The notes: generated by a model from the letters alone, not told the origin. DNA of 64,000 nt from Eledone cirrhosa (GCA_964016885.1 OZ024750.1:1364001-1428000), one strand, 5' to 3'. Positions 13,478-27,059 are shown, counted from the stretch's first letter. Numbers and translations: made by a program.

Positions 13478-13630
13478 GTTTGCCTTTGGGGAACAGCTCC
13501 TATCACCAGGAAAGTTATGGACAGTCCATGAAGATAAAGTTAGGGATACCTAAAAACCATCTGTTATGAGCCGCAATCACACTAGATCTGCATTTTTAAC
13601 ACCTTATCTGAGAAAACAATCCTATAATAA
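13478..13630 (+). mobile_element. 3' end of an R4/Dong-like non-LTR retrotransposon
   Basis: Translates VCLWGTAPITRKVMD, resembling the C-terminal CLLGTARILRKVL motif (from recall); flanked by taataat on both sides. Confidence 0.5.
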
Positions 13631-14439
13631 TTTCTTTATTTGCTACAAAACATTCAAATATAAATAGCCAAGGGGAAACAATAAGGGTTGTGAAAAGATA
13701 AGATTGTGTAGAAGCGGCTGTAGGAAATATAACAGCGTTATAGAATTTTCGTGGTTGATCTCAACTTGATAAAAAAACTAAAGAGACACATTTTCTTATT
13801 ATACCGTCGTTTCATATTGAAAGAGGAAAGAAACATCAGATGTTACTACTGTAGATACAATCTAGGAAAGTGAAGAAAAATACCAGATGGTCATCTCTAG
13901 AGCGGCTTTGATCCTATTACTTTATGACTGATCTGGTTATAAACAACAATGACAACATCACAATCCTGAACTTAGGGGAACCAACGAAGCTGCCATGTAG
14001 AGATTATTTGGTAACCTCTGGTAACTATCTGCTAGAAATAGCAGTCAAATTCCCATACTAATCTATAAACAGGTGATTATATTGTATAAACTAGTTGTTG
14101 AAATATTATGGGGTCAAGAAATGGAACGCCAATTGATAAATGAAATTTCGGAACTCAGAAACGTAGTATAATACTAAAGCCAACATCACGCATGACAATG
14201 AATCTGTAAGTAACATCTCTCTAGGAAAGAGATTCAGCAAAGTTTGGATCGGTAATGACAACCCCAGTTATATAGACAAAGTCAACAGAATACAACAAAA
14301 CCTCACAACTAGAAACCTGCCGTTCTTCCTACAAATTTACTCACAAATTCCTGTCGATTTAATCGACTATACATCTCCCATATAATATGAAGCATTGTAA
14401 CTATATAAGAAATTATAATTATTTCACAGGAGGTCAGGG

Positions 14440-14655
14440 TGGTGGATTGGCAGTATCGGTAAAGCGTCGGGCACCATGCTTCATGGCATAGAGATACGAC
14501 CCTTTACGTTCTGAGATCAAATTCCACTGAGTTGGCTTTGCCTTTCATCATTACGGAGTCGATAAAATAAAGCACCAGTAATGCAATAGGGTCAATTTAA
14601 TTAACTTTCTTTTCTCCCCAAATTGCTGGACTTGATCCTATAGTAGAAATTATTT
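14440..14655 (+). mobile_element. SINE family A (long variant)
   Basis: ggtggattggcagtatcggta head and gcctttcatc central domain. Confidence 0.85.
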
Positions 14656-15424
14656 CACGGGAGGTCGATAGAATAGTATGGGTGGTAAATCCAAGATTCA
14701 ATGCAAACTCCCATAAAAAAACAGATATCAATCAGATATCGATGCTAAATTTAAGATTTAGCAAATTCGTTTGTGAAATTATTTCTTTAAATAACATTTG
14801 AGGTTACCAAGTGGTTAGAAATGATAACGAAGTTGACTTAGTCAGCTGTTGGAGACGAGAGTCTTCTCCAGGAGAGGTTTCGTTTGTCATATACTTATGA
14901 ACCTTCGGGTCGTGACATCCTAACACTTTTAGTCAAAACTTGTGCATGTCTGCAATAATTCAGAAATTCAAATCATGTGATTGTAGAAAACACAGATAAT
15001 AAAATGATTTGACTAAACAATATTTATGAGGTTTGTAAAGGTTAGCGTGAAGTTATATATTTGATCTTGCATAACGTATGCGATATCTAAATGAATAAAA
15101 TATAAGACAAATCGTTCCATGGGTCATTAGTTTTCAAATGATGAAAGAAGAGGAAATGCAACGTAAATAGTTATCAGTTATATCTCCTCAATTCCTATGA
15201 TGTATAGAGACGACTAAAAGGCTGATTGAATGGAAGCCTTATTTACATTACAAATGACAAGACACAGCACACTTCTCTCACAAGTGTTCAGTACTATTCT
15301 GTGTTTGCTATAAAACATAACAAAAACAATAAAATCAGAGGCACTGAAATATACATAAACACACACATTCATATATGTATCTACCTATCATGTATATGTA
15401 TGAATGTATAAATATGTATACACA

Positions 15425-15462
<38 letters not shown>

Positions 15463-15625
15463 TTTACATATACGTATACATACATATATACACATTCAAT
15501 ATCACATATTTGTTAAAAACCTCTTGTATCGGAAGTTTCATGTCAGAACGTTTCATAGCAGGAAACTTAACTGCGTCGATGCACAATACCGACGTCTGAA
15601 AAGCAATATGCGCGCACGCGCACGC

Positions 15626-15684
<59 letters not shown>

Positions 15685-15695
15685 ATAATAATAAT

Positions 15696-15995
15696 GACTC
15701 TCCCGCCACGGACTCAGATGAGTGTCCAGCAAGGATTATATGTTAAGTTCACCCTCGAATTTTATCACTCCTCCTCAGACGCGATTTCAGGTCCCATTAC
15801 AACCGATCATGATGCTCCGGTCACCCAGACTCGAAATCTGCGACCAGGCTGAAGCAAGTCTACCCCCATCCTCGATGTTCCACAGCCTGTTCCTTCTATG
15901 ATTCAATATGCACGTTCCAACGCTTCCTGTGTTGTCCTTCGGCTTGTCTTTAAACCAGAGGAGAGGATGATGAACTTGGCGTTTCGCATTTGTTA
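15696..15995 (-). mobile_element. Possible 3' end of a HERO/NeSL-like retrotransposon
   Basis: GC-richer island. Minus-strand RRNRLWNIEDGGRLASAW loosely resembles the E.AS.W.W C-terminus; ends in an (ATT)n tail. Confidence 0.35.
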
Positions 15996-17722
15996 GCAGA
16001 CAACACCAACAACAACAACAACACATACATACAATTATAAGTTTGAAGAACAGACAGATAACATTTACCTAATTTTTCTTCTTAGTCCAGAGAAATTAAC
16101 TAAATAAATAATCAATTAAACGGAGATAAGTTTAAAATGTAAGTTTGAAGAAATATTAGATAAATGTTTACCGAAATTCTGTCTCTTTCTGTCTTTCTCT
16201 CTCTCACTATCTTTCTCTCTCTGTCTCTCTCTGTATGTATGTGTATACACACACACACAAACACACACATATATATATATACACACACATACATATACAC
16301 ACAGTTCATCCTGAGAGAGGAAAAGAATGAAAAAGAGGGAAAGTAGAGGGAGAGAGGGGCCGAAAAAGGGGTGAATGAGAGGGGAGGTATACTGTACTGT
16401 ATTTTCATCCCCTGAAGGCTGAAGAGCAAATGAGACATCACAGGCGGGGGTGGGGACTGACCTCTGAGTACCGAGAGCAAGAAAAATAACACAATATAAT
16501 TCCAGCCTCTCTTTAATAACTCCGCCTATCCCATTCAAAATTACTGTTTTTCAATATTGTTTTCTTTCACATCTCTCACCTTGAATTGCTATAATGAATA
16601 CATTTTCAGAATGTTTTTAATGGTTCCCTTAATGTGATTTACGAATTATGTGTTCGTTCATTTGATGGCCGAACTAAATTTCGAAAAAAATGTTCAATTG
16701 ATGCCAATTGTAGTGAACAGATCACGTGTTTCAATCTATTGATTGTGACTGCCAGGAATTTCTTTAGTGATAGAGAATCTTATTTTGTTTTTGTTTCGAT
16801 AAAATATCGGAATTTAAAAAAAAAATCTTGAGTCGATGATATGAAGAAAATATAAGAACATAATTTTATCCATTTGATTCCACGAACATACATTCTTGGA
16901 ACTTCTTTAATTTGAAGAAATATTTAGTAAAATCTGCAATATGGTTTTTAGCTAAGAGTGTTAAACGTTCACGAAAGTCCTCTCTTCTTTACAAAAATAG
17001 TGAGAGCAGATCATGAAAATAAAAGAAATATGTTCATTTTATATTGTTAATGTAGGAATGGTTGAATAGTTAGGAAGCTCACTTTGGAATCACGAGATTG
17101 ATCTATCTGAACAGAATGTTGGGCAAGTGTGTTTACCATAGCATCGGGTTGAATAAGGCCTGTGAATGTAGACGGAAACTGTAAGGAAGCGCATCTGATG
17201 TATTGTGCTTGTAGAAACATCAACAACAGCATCACAACCAATGGTTATATGACTACAGGCATATGAGCAATAATCTAATGCTGCTTGTTTAATGCGCAGG
17301 TCATCCGTGATCGGTGAGAATTATCAGCAAAGACATTCAAGTCCTGAGCAGCTCACCATTTTATGGGACTGCAACTATATCTATCATCGGACGAGAATCG
17401 GGGTTTTCAGCGTAATAGAGCTGTAAACATTAATAAGGATGGTACCTCAACTTAACTAATGGGGAAAATTGTCTTTGGAATAGAGATTCCTTGCGGTGTA
17501 TACGTGAGATAGCTATATTTCCAATATTTTGAAATCTCTGGCTACGTAGAAATATTTGGTTTGGAGTTGTTCATACATTTAGTGGGTGTTGAGAAAAATA
17601 CTGTTTCTAGGTGATGTTTAAAGTGAAAAGATCTGTTTATTAAAAGAGGATTGTTTTGTTTGCAGCGAATTTCGATGGAATAAATAAACTCTATTTCTCT
17701 CCATACATATATATATATATAT

Positions 17723-17754
<32 letters not shown>

Positions 17755-18090
17755 AGTATTGCCGTAGCAAGGGTAAAGGAAAGGAGAGTGCTCTATGTAT
17801 GCTACAGAGCTATTTAATTATGTAATAAACAATATAAGGCAATTATTTCATTTACCGAAGGTTTCACGAAAACAGATATATATATATAATTTGAACAGGG
17901 AAGTAGGAAAAACTAACAATATTTATTGAAATTGCTATCACCAAGATACTAATGTCACATAACTCCACCGATCACAATTAACCAGTAAGTTGCGTCATCA
18001 GTTCTTTGTTTCGCATATTTTACACAAATACGAATGAACTATGATGAAACGGATATTTCCATTTCTTTTCACACACACACACACACATAT

Positions 18091-18121
<31 letters not shown>

Positions 18122-19431
18122 TACAATATATATATATATATACACGTGTGTGTGTGTAATTAATCATGTATTTGTTTATATGAAGAGAAGGTAAAAGAAT
18201 GAGAGGGAAATAATAAAACATAGGAATTAGTGGTGAGAGAGAAAGAGATAAAGACATTTGTGACAATAAACTTTAGAGCTTAGAAAATTCTAGACAAAAT
18301 GTAATTATCAAAATAGAGGCATAGGTCTCTTATGGCAGCCATTTGTAAGGCTTTTGATAATGAGAAACAACATTCTTTTGACATTACTGCGTATGCTTGT
18401 CTTCACATAGATAATGTTATTCTTAGAAACACATTGATTCACTCATATGTACACATAACAATCATGTGTATACATTTTACACACACAAGTGTGTGTGTGT
18501 GTGTGGTGTGTGGTGTGTGGCGTGTGGTGTGTGTAGAAATCCATACACATTTATACATACGGACGTACATATGCATTGTTAACCATGCAAAATACATCAG
18601 TGGTAATCATTTCATTTTTTGTATTAATTCATCATCTGTCATATTGTATAATTTCATACGTTTAATCATTGTAAACAATCTGCATTCTCTCTGCACACAA
18701 AGCCTATATTTGTTTTTACAAATAAACCTCGATCTGTGCATAGCAACCTAGAAGCAGATTTAGACATATAATTCATACATAATTAATTCTACATATGGAT
18801 TTGTAATTTTTAGCGAGTTTCACATTTACTGAATGTTGATTTATCTAGATAGATGTAATGCAAAAGGCATCTGGAAGAATTTTCCAATATATCCCAAAAT
18901 ATAGAATTAGTTTCTTCACCATCAACAGTGACGAAAAGAACCCCTCCTCCCTTTATAAAAAATCCCTCAAAACAACCAAACATATAAAGGAACGAACATC
19001 AGTGAAATATTCAATTTTATCTCAACACCACTGGGAATAGTGTATCTACAAATAAATAGTCTTAGCTGATATTTTACAATACTTTTCTTTTTCAAATAAT
19101 CTAACAGAAACGTGTAATAGCAACATATATAACCTAATACAGTACTTTTCTTTTCAAGCCTCCATTTTACTCTTATTTTCGTTCATTATCATATGCAGTT
19201 TCTACTGCTCTCGTAATTTATGTTTCTTGTAGATGCTAACTTTCAATTTGGTCCACACAATTACATGCATGCCAAGATCTCATAAATAATATATCACCAA
19301 AGATCTGCTGAATCTCCGAAGATCCGCAGTCTGTCATATTTATTTTCCTTTGTTCAATCCATAGCTATTGAAATAGTTGTAATAGATACGTATGCATACA
19401 CATTTGCACATCCATGGACACGCATACGCTT

Positions 19432-19471
<40 letters not shown>

Positions 19472-19475
<4 letters not shown>

Positions 19476-19530
19476 AGTAGGGACCCCAACGGCTGAGCTC
19501 TTGCAGTTTCAACAGCTATTTTACAGAGCA
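19472..19530 (-). mobile_element. Family F2 fragment (HHR 3' half)
   Basis: gaccccaacggctgagctcttgcagtttcaacagcta immediately after (TA)n; homologous to 21991-22027. Confidence 0.6.
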
Positions 19531-20477
19531 ATGTTAACACTTTTGAGACAATCTACTTGAAACCGACCCTGAATTACATAAAACAAAAAACATTGTTTTA
19601 CAGGGTTTATATTTACATTAGCACATTCTATCACAATTTTATGTAAGAATATTTTCGTAATGTTCTAAACAACAACTTAATGTTTACCTATAGAACCAAT
19701 TCCACGAAATTCTTCATTATTTTGAAAATTAATCAAATACAAACCTAGTCTATTTCATTAGATTTATGATAACAAAAGGATTAACGCTACACTGAATACT
19801 AAAAGTATTTAGTCTCAAATTCTTTGTTTTTCTTTCGAAAATATACTGTAATATATTGTGAATATATATATAGTTGTAGTAAACCTTAGGGCAAAAGATA
19901 TTTGGCGAACTGATTAAAAGTATTAGGGGAAGTTTCAAAATGCCTGGAGCTGAGGAGCCTGAAATAATATACTGGGTGTATCAATATCGGAGGAAACTTA
20001 TCTATATGATATGTATGATATTTGTGCTGCAAATGATTCTACGTTGTTCGGTGCATATGTACCACATGTGTGTTTATGTACCACATGTGTGTATATGTAC
20101 GACATGTGTGTACATGTGGGTCTGTATTAAAACAGACGAAGACGGAGACGACGAAGAAGACGAAGAAGAAGAAGTGTGGAATACTGATAATGAAAATGGT
20201 GACCGTAACAGTAATGGTAAAGTTGCCACTGACTCATAGACATGGCGTTTTAGCAGGAAGGATGACAAAGTAGTGAAAATGACTTCATCTAAACTTACTT
20301 GACATTTTGAATGTCTCGTGCTCTACCGACTGAGCTTGTATTTTGTGTCATTTGTTTCTACTTCTGTACTATATACTATTACTTGTGATATATTCCTCAT
20401 TTATTGAATGGTCAGCTATCTTCAACCATAATTTCACTTTATTTTATTCTATTTTATCACTTCTATATGTCAACTCT

Positions 20478-20673
20478 AAGGCGTTTCCCCGGAGGACGGC
20501 AAGGGAGACCCGCTGGAAAAGCCATTCCAACTCGCGAGGCTCACACCTGCGACTGGCCAGCTCAGCGCCTATGGTGGTGAGTAAGCAGGTAGCCTTAGGG
20601 CTGAGGACACCAGAAGTCTCCACTGCCAAGGGTACGACCGCAAACCTGTTGGAGAGTGACCGACACGCTTTAC
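20478..20673 (-). mobile_element. C-terminal restriction-like endonuclease region of a CRE-like non-LTR retrotransposon (5'-truncated)
   Basis: FAVVPLAVETSGVLSPKATCLLTTIGAELASRRCEPRELEWLFQRVSLAVLRGNA matches the P.AVET.G...QR.S.A..RGNA signature. Confidence 0.75.
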
Positions 20674-21237
20674 GATATATAATGTATGTTTTATCTTTGA
20701 TGTAGGATCATTTTATCTAAACCTAACGTTTTCTGTTTATATTCAAACTTTTCATTTAAATATTTAAACAAAATTAATTCACATCTTGAAAAGGGGAATA
20801 CGGGAAATTATATATTTTTATACAGCTTCTCGGTTAGTCGAAGTTAATATGACCTTAAAAGTTTGGAATCTCCAAACACTTTAGTCAGTTAGTTTTCCGG
20901 TTTGTATTGGTGGTGTAGTTGACTTAGTGTTACATTTGAAACTTATAATGAAATCTAACTGCAAGGTATGTTGCTGACATTTTCCTCTAGTTTCGTTATT
21001 TTCTTGGGTAAATAACAATGAGAAATGTAATTATAATAAGCTCTGCAGGCATCTTTGATGCGTTGTTTCTGAGTGTTAACAGCAGTATATATAGCCAAAC
21101 ATTGTTCAATAGCTATCGTATCTTATAATATTCAGAGTTAACTCGTGTCGCTAGTCTTAAACGATCTAATGTCTAAAGAGAATTTACATATTTTATATAG
21201 TTTATAGAATAAATGGATTTTCCACATGCTGCGAGTT

Positions 21238-21426
21238 GTGGTTTGGCAGTATCGGTAGAGGGTCGGACAACATGCTTTGTAGCACAGAGTTACGCCCCTT
21301 TCTGATCTGAGTTCAAATCCTGCCGAGGTTAACTTTGCCTTTCATCCTTACGGGGTCTAATAAATAAAGTACCAGTAATGCACTGGGTAATTGCTGGCCT
21401 TGTGCCAAAAGTAGAAACAATTATTA
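21238..21426 (+). mobile_element. SINE family A
   Basis: Full head, central domain and tail. Confidence 0.9.
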
Positions 21427-21977
21427 CAGTAAACTCTGTCGGATCAGTTATTAAATATAAATATATATATATAAATATATATATATATAAATATATATAT
21501 TGAGTTTTAGAGTGTTTTAAGTTAATGATTTTGTTCTATTCAATGACAACTTTTCGCAGTCTTTTGAATATAAATAAAGTTTTAACTTTAGAAGAAAAGT
21601 GACTTTTGTTGACAATCATTTTCGGAACAACGAAAATGCTTTTGGTTGAAACTTAACTTGAAGCGGATTAAATTTGGTTGAATTTTGTCCAAGCAATCCC
21701 TAATCCACTTTATAAAATCAACAGAGGAAATTTTCATTTTTTAATAGTACTATGATTTACTTTGGTATAAATGTCCGATCAGATGACCAACAATAATAAA
21801 CCGTCTGCAGTAAGGTTACACTGTAGGTACTGCATGACCAAGTGTAATACTTCTTGATCTAAGCATCACGACACAAGTGCTTTGTTTTTGATGGTTTAAT
21901 ATGATTCACATAATATATCTCTCACTCTCTCCACAAACGCTCACAAAAGCACATCTCCAGGTTTATATATATATATA

Positions 21978-22156
21978 TAGGAACAAGTAAGACCCCGACG
22001 GCTGAGCTCAAGCCGTTTCGACGGCTAATTCCGTCGAAACGGCTTGAGCTCAACCGTCGGGGTCTTACTTGTTCCTATTACCCACTCTACTACCCTAATT
22101 ATTGAGTACTTTGGTGCGTTATGGTCCACCTGGTTCCTTACCACATTTCCTTCGTT
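21978..22156 (+). mobile_element. Family F2 element: 100-bp fold-back palindrome plus unique tail, inserted in (TA)n
   Basis: Arms 21978-22024 and 22031-22077; contains the HHR 3' half GAAA-cgg..ccg-TC-ggggtc; tail 22078-22156. Confidence 0.8.
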
Positions 22157-22327
22157 ATATATATATATATATATACACACAAAGATGTAGAGATAGTGAT
22201 GGTTTATCAAGGCAAACAAACATTCAATCTTACAGTATACATAGAAAAGTATTGGTATATGTTTACGTATGTTTGTTATTTAACATATGATTGCGCTGTG
22301 TGTACTGGGTTTCTTTGCACACACACA

Positions 22328-22384
<57 letters not shown>

Positions 22385-23432
22385 TCTTGACTACTTTGAT
22401 TTATTTGTTTGTTTTTGGTTCGATATTCAAAGGATGTAAGAAGTAAAATCATTTTCATTGAATGAGATGGTAGAAGATTTAAGAAAGACCCCTGCAGTTT
22501 CTAAAAGTGTGATTTTCTAAATGAAGTTTTTTTTTTTGGTAACATACCAATTATTGGAAAGACCTTAATTTGACTCAACAGTGATTCCATTAACTAAAAG
22601 CCTACATATATTGCTTTAGAAAAATGAAAACCATACTGTATACATTATATATATATATCTGTGTGTGAGCATGTGTGTATTATACTTGTGCGTGCGTGTG
22701 TGTGTGCGTGCGCGCGTGTGCGTGTGTACGTGTGCCAATGTACACTGGGATTCGTAAAATGTCGGAATTTACTATGTCATCGCAAATAAGTATGTTGGTC
22801 CACTTTTGTCAACTGCGCGACCAGATATGCTGGCGCGGGGTGTGGCCTTTTTGTACTTGTGTACGCCCTTGAAGATCTTAGGAAGTGGATATTGTTGGTT
22901 TCAGTTTATACCTACATGTTGTCTTGGCAATTTCACGGATATATTTGAACATGGTTTCATTTGGGTTAAATAATTGAAAGTATATGACTACCTCATAGAC
23001 AGGACGACAGCTTACCGTAGGGTTAACCCCAATATAAGCAACTACGGGCATTATGATTTGGATGTGTGGATTGGAGCAACCCGAAATGAAGTGTTTTGCG
23101 TAAGGGCAACACGCCATGCGGTCGAAGAATCAAACCCATAACATTATCCTCCAATGTCTTGTCCACATATTTAACACGATTTAATGTCTTGTCCACAACA
23201 TATTCAACCTCATCACATACCTTGATTAATAGGAATCTTTCTTAATACCGACCAATAAGTAGCAGTTTTCACAGCAACATCCTTTTAATCTCTATCAAGA
23301 CATCGGAAAGATGAAAGATATTTTACGTTATTTAATGTAACAGCGAACCATTCCCCGCTCTGAGATAATCTAAATACTAAAGATCTACTTCAGATGATAA
23401 AAGAACACACTTGTTACGACTACACGAACAAC

Positions 23433-23477
<45 letters not shown>

Positions 23478-23649
23478 ACACAGATATGCCCACATACACA
23501 CATATACATCCATAAGTACTTGAATATGAACATACACAGATCTGTATGGACATACAGATACCATGCATGTAGGAATGTATACATAGAAAATATTGATTTA
23601 ATGATGGATTTGATTGTTCTAAAGGAGATTTATGAAAAGAATATGAGCT

Positions 23650-26600
23650 ATGTCAGATTTGCATTTGTAAATTCGTATAATTTCCGTTATTGCAAAAGGA
23701 ATGATATATACTTTATATTGTGAAGTTTGTATCATTAAATTGAAATCTGTGTCAAGTAGATATATCGTAAACTGGATATAATGTATACATTCTTGTTCAC
23801 CTTGCTTTATATCATCCTTAGTGTATCATCATCAATACGAAGTTTTACTTTCCTATATTAAATCTGCCTTATTTTAATTTTAATTCTTACTTTCGTGGTG
23901 TTGCTAACTAAACATCTATTCCAATCCCAATTTACTTATCTTCAAGTTATTTAATCTTTACGTTATCCTAATATCTCTATTCGAATGCAGCCCCTTCCGC
24001 ACAGTAGATAGAGTTAGAATGATAAGCTCGGAATGAAGTCAGTTGTGGTTTGGTTTACATATCTAGACATATCTTCAATTTAATTATATTCTCGTTTATG
24101 ACGTGAAAACTACTGATTAATACTGGCATAACTATAACAGTATTTCTGGCATTGAGTTAGATTTTTAATAACAGTCTAACCCATTGGTTTAACACATTTC
24201 GAAGCTTCACCGACATTGCGGCATATTGTACTGTATAGCTTTTATCTATTATTAGGTACTAATATAAGCTGTTTTGTTTTAATTCTCTTATTTCAGTGTT
24301 TCAACATATTCTGATAGTCAGTTTGTTGAGTCGCTTTAGAACATTATATATCGCAGCTGCTTTCCCTCTATTGTTTTTACTATCTGTTACCCTTTTAACT
24401 GCTTAGTCATGCTTCTGTGTCTTGGCCATGTAGAGATAGCCTAAGACAATGTAGTTAATTACTCTCCGTCGGTTTACTAATTACAGATACTTGCAGGGAA
24501 CTGTTCCTCTTGCTCAGGAATTATGAAGCTTCTTTACCTCCAATATTGTTTCTGGCAAGGATTTTTCATATAGTTGATAATTATCGTTGCCTTTGTGCTG
24601 GAAGCAAATAAATGGGAAGGATGATGAGGGGGGGGGGGCTGCTGAGGGACGGTTGAGAGTAGGAAAGAGAGAGAGTGTGTGTGTGAGAGAGAGGAGGAGG
24701 GTGATTGTGTGTTAGAGAGGAGGAGGAGGAGGGTGATTGTGTGTTAGAGAGGAGGAGGGTGATTGTGTGTTAGAGAGGAGGAGGAGGAGGGTGATTGTGT
24801 GTTAGAGAGGAGGGTGGAGGGTGATTGTGTGTTAGAGAGGAGGAGGAGGAGGGTGATTGTGTGTTAGAGAGGAGGGTGGAGGGTGATTGTGTGTTAGAGA
24901 GGAGGAGGAGGAGGGTGATTGTGTGTTAGAGAGGAGGAGGAGGGTGATTGTGTGTTAGAGAGGAGGAGGAGGGTGATTGTGTGTTAGAGAGGAGGAGGAG
25001 GGTGATTGTGTGTTAGAGAGGAGGGTGGAGGGTGATTGTGTGTTAGAGAGGAGGAGGAGGGTGATTGTGTGTGAGAGAGGAGGAGGGCGATTGTGTGTTA
25101 GAGAGGAGGAGGAGGGTGATTGTGTGTTAGAGAGGAGGAGGAGGGTGATTGTGTGTTAGAGAGGAGGAGGAGGGTGATTGTGTGTTAGAGAGGAGGAGGA
25201 GGGTGAGTGTGTGTTAGAGAGGAGGGTGGAGGGTGATTGTGTGTTAGAGAGGAGGAGGAGGGTGATTGTGTGTTAGAGAGGAGGAGGAGGGTGATTGTGT
25301 GTTAGAGAGGAGGAGGAGGGTGATTGTGTGTTAGAGAGGAGGAGGAGGGTGATTGTGTGTTAGAGAGGAGGGTGGAGGGTGATTGTGTGTTAGAGAGGAG
25401 GAGGAGGGTGATTGTGTGTTAGAGAGGAGGAGGAGGGTGATTGTGTGTTAGAGAGGAGGAGGGTGAGTGTGTGTTAGAGAGGAGGAGGAGGGTGATTGTG
25501 TGTTAGAGAGGAGGAGGAGGGTGATTGTGTGTTAGAGAGGAGGGTGGAGGGTGATTGTGTGTTAGAGAGGAGGAGGGTGAGTGTGTGTTAGAGAGGAGGA
25601 GGAGGGTGAGTGTGTGTTAGAGAGGAGGGTGGAGGGTGATTGTGTGTTAGAGAGGAGGAGGAGGGTGATTGTGTGTTAGAGAGGAGGAGGAGGGTGATTG
25701 TGTGTTAGAGAGGAGGGTGGAGGGTGATTGTGTGTTAGAGAGGAGGAGGAGGGTGAGTGTGTGTTAGAGAGGAGGGTGGTGATTGTGTGTTAGAGAGGAG
25801 GAGGAGGGTGATTGTGTGTTAGAGAGGAGGGTGGAGGGTGATTGTGTGTTAGAGAGGAGGAGGAGGGTGAGTGTGTGTTAGAGAGGAGGGTGGTGATTGT
25901 GTGTTAGAGAGGAGGAGGAGGGTGATTGTGTGTTAGAGAGGAGGGTGGAGGGTGATTGTGTGTTAGAGAGGAGGAGGAGGGTGAGTGTGTGTTAGAGAGG
26001 AGGGTGGAGGGTGATTGTGTGTTAGAGAGGAGGAGGAGGGTGATTGTGTGTTAGAGAGGAGGGTGGAGGGTGATTGTGTGTTAGAGAGGAGGAGGAGGGT
26101 GAGTGTGTGTTAGAGAGGAGGAGGAGGGTGATTGTGTGTTAGAGAGGAGGAGGAGGGTGATTGTGTGTTAGAGAGGAGGATGGTGATTGTGTGTTAGAGA
26201 GGAGGAGGAGGGTGATTGTGTGTTAGAGAGGAGGGTGGAGGGTGATTGTGTGTTAGAGAGGAGGAGGAGGGTGATTGTGTGTTAGAGAGGAGGAGGAGGG
26301 TGATTGTGTGTTAGAGAGGAGGGTGGAGGGTGATTGTGTGTTAGAGAGGAGGAGGAGGGTGATTGTGTGTTAGAGAGGAGGAGGAGGGTGAGTGTGTGTT
26401 AGAGAGGAGGAGGAGGGTGAGTGTGTGTTAGAGAGGAGGAGGAGGAGGGTGAGTGTGTGTTAGAGAGGAGGAGGAGGGTGAGTGTGTGTTAGAAGTCTGT
26501 GATACGAGGACAAAGGGTAAGAATCTCAGAATTGAAGAAGGAAGTACCACAAAAAAGGCAATAATTAAACTATAATAACGTGGAGAATTCAGGCAAATGG

Positions 26601-26670
26601 ATTGCTGATGTGGTAAATAGGGTGACCGGAAGACTAACAGCCTCGAAATAGAAATATTGAAGTGTATAAA
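23650..26670 (-). mobile_element. Decayed CR1/L2-like LINE reverse transcriptase, interrupted by a minisatellite
   Basis: Degenerate RT-like motifs in the expected order on the minus strand: near 26590 (RPISLT-like), 24500 (GF..GRSC-like), 24145 (PQG-like), 23830 (Y.DDT-like); many stops and frameshifts. Confidence 0.45.
24680..26492. repeat. G-rich minisatellite, about 29-bp unit, about 60 copies
   Basis: gtgattgtgtgttagagaggaggaggagg with variants (agggtgg; gagtgtgtg; plus or minus agg). Confidence 0.97.
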
Positions 26671-27059
26671 CACACACACATACGTAAGATGTAAGAAAAT
26701 ACTAAGCCATTAGTAGTAAAGTTATATACACACACGTATAGATAAGTTAATATATACATCCATATACAACGGAACAGAACATGTTACCTCCACATATATG
26801 TAGGTATTCTAATAGATGTGCGCTTACATACATACAAACATACAAATGTACATATATACATATACATATGTACATATGTATGCATGTACAGATGTATATA
26901 TGTTCAGACATACATATGAACCTACATACATATGAAGCTATATACATACATATGTACATATTCACATACGTACGTACATACATACATATATGTACCTACA
27001 TACAGACAGTAAGACAGAAAGAACACTAAACATATGCAATATAGATATATAACTATAAA

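Noticed and set aside
21978-22077. Reading the palindromes as rho-independent terminators or pre-miRNAs
   Set aside because: The context is eukaryotic, and they are dispersed multi-copy elements with variable turning points and HHR motifs, better explained as retroelement inversions.
24680-26492. CRISPR array or telomeric tract
   Set aside because: Units are contiguous with no unique spacers and there are no cas genes; ttagag occurs once per unit and is not (TTAGGG)n.
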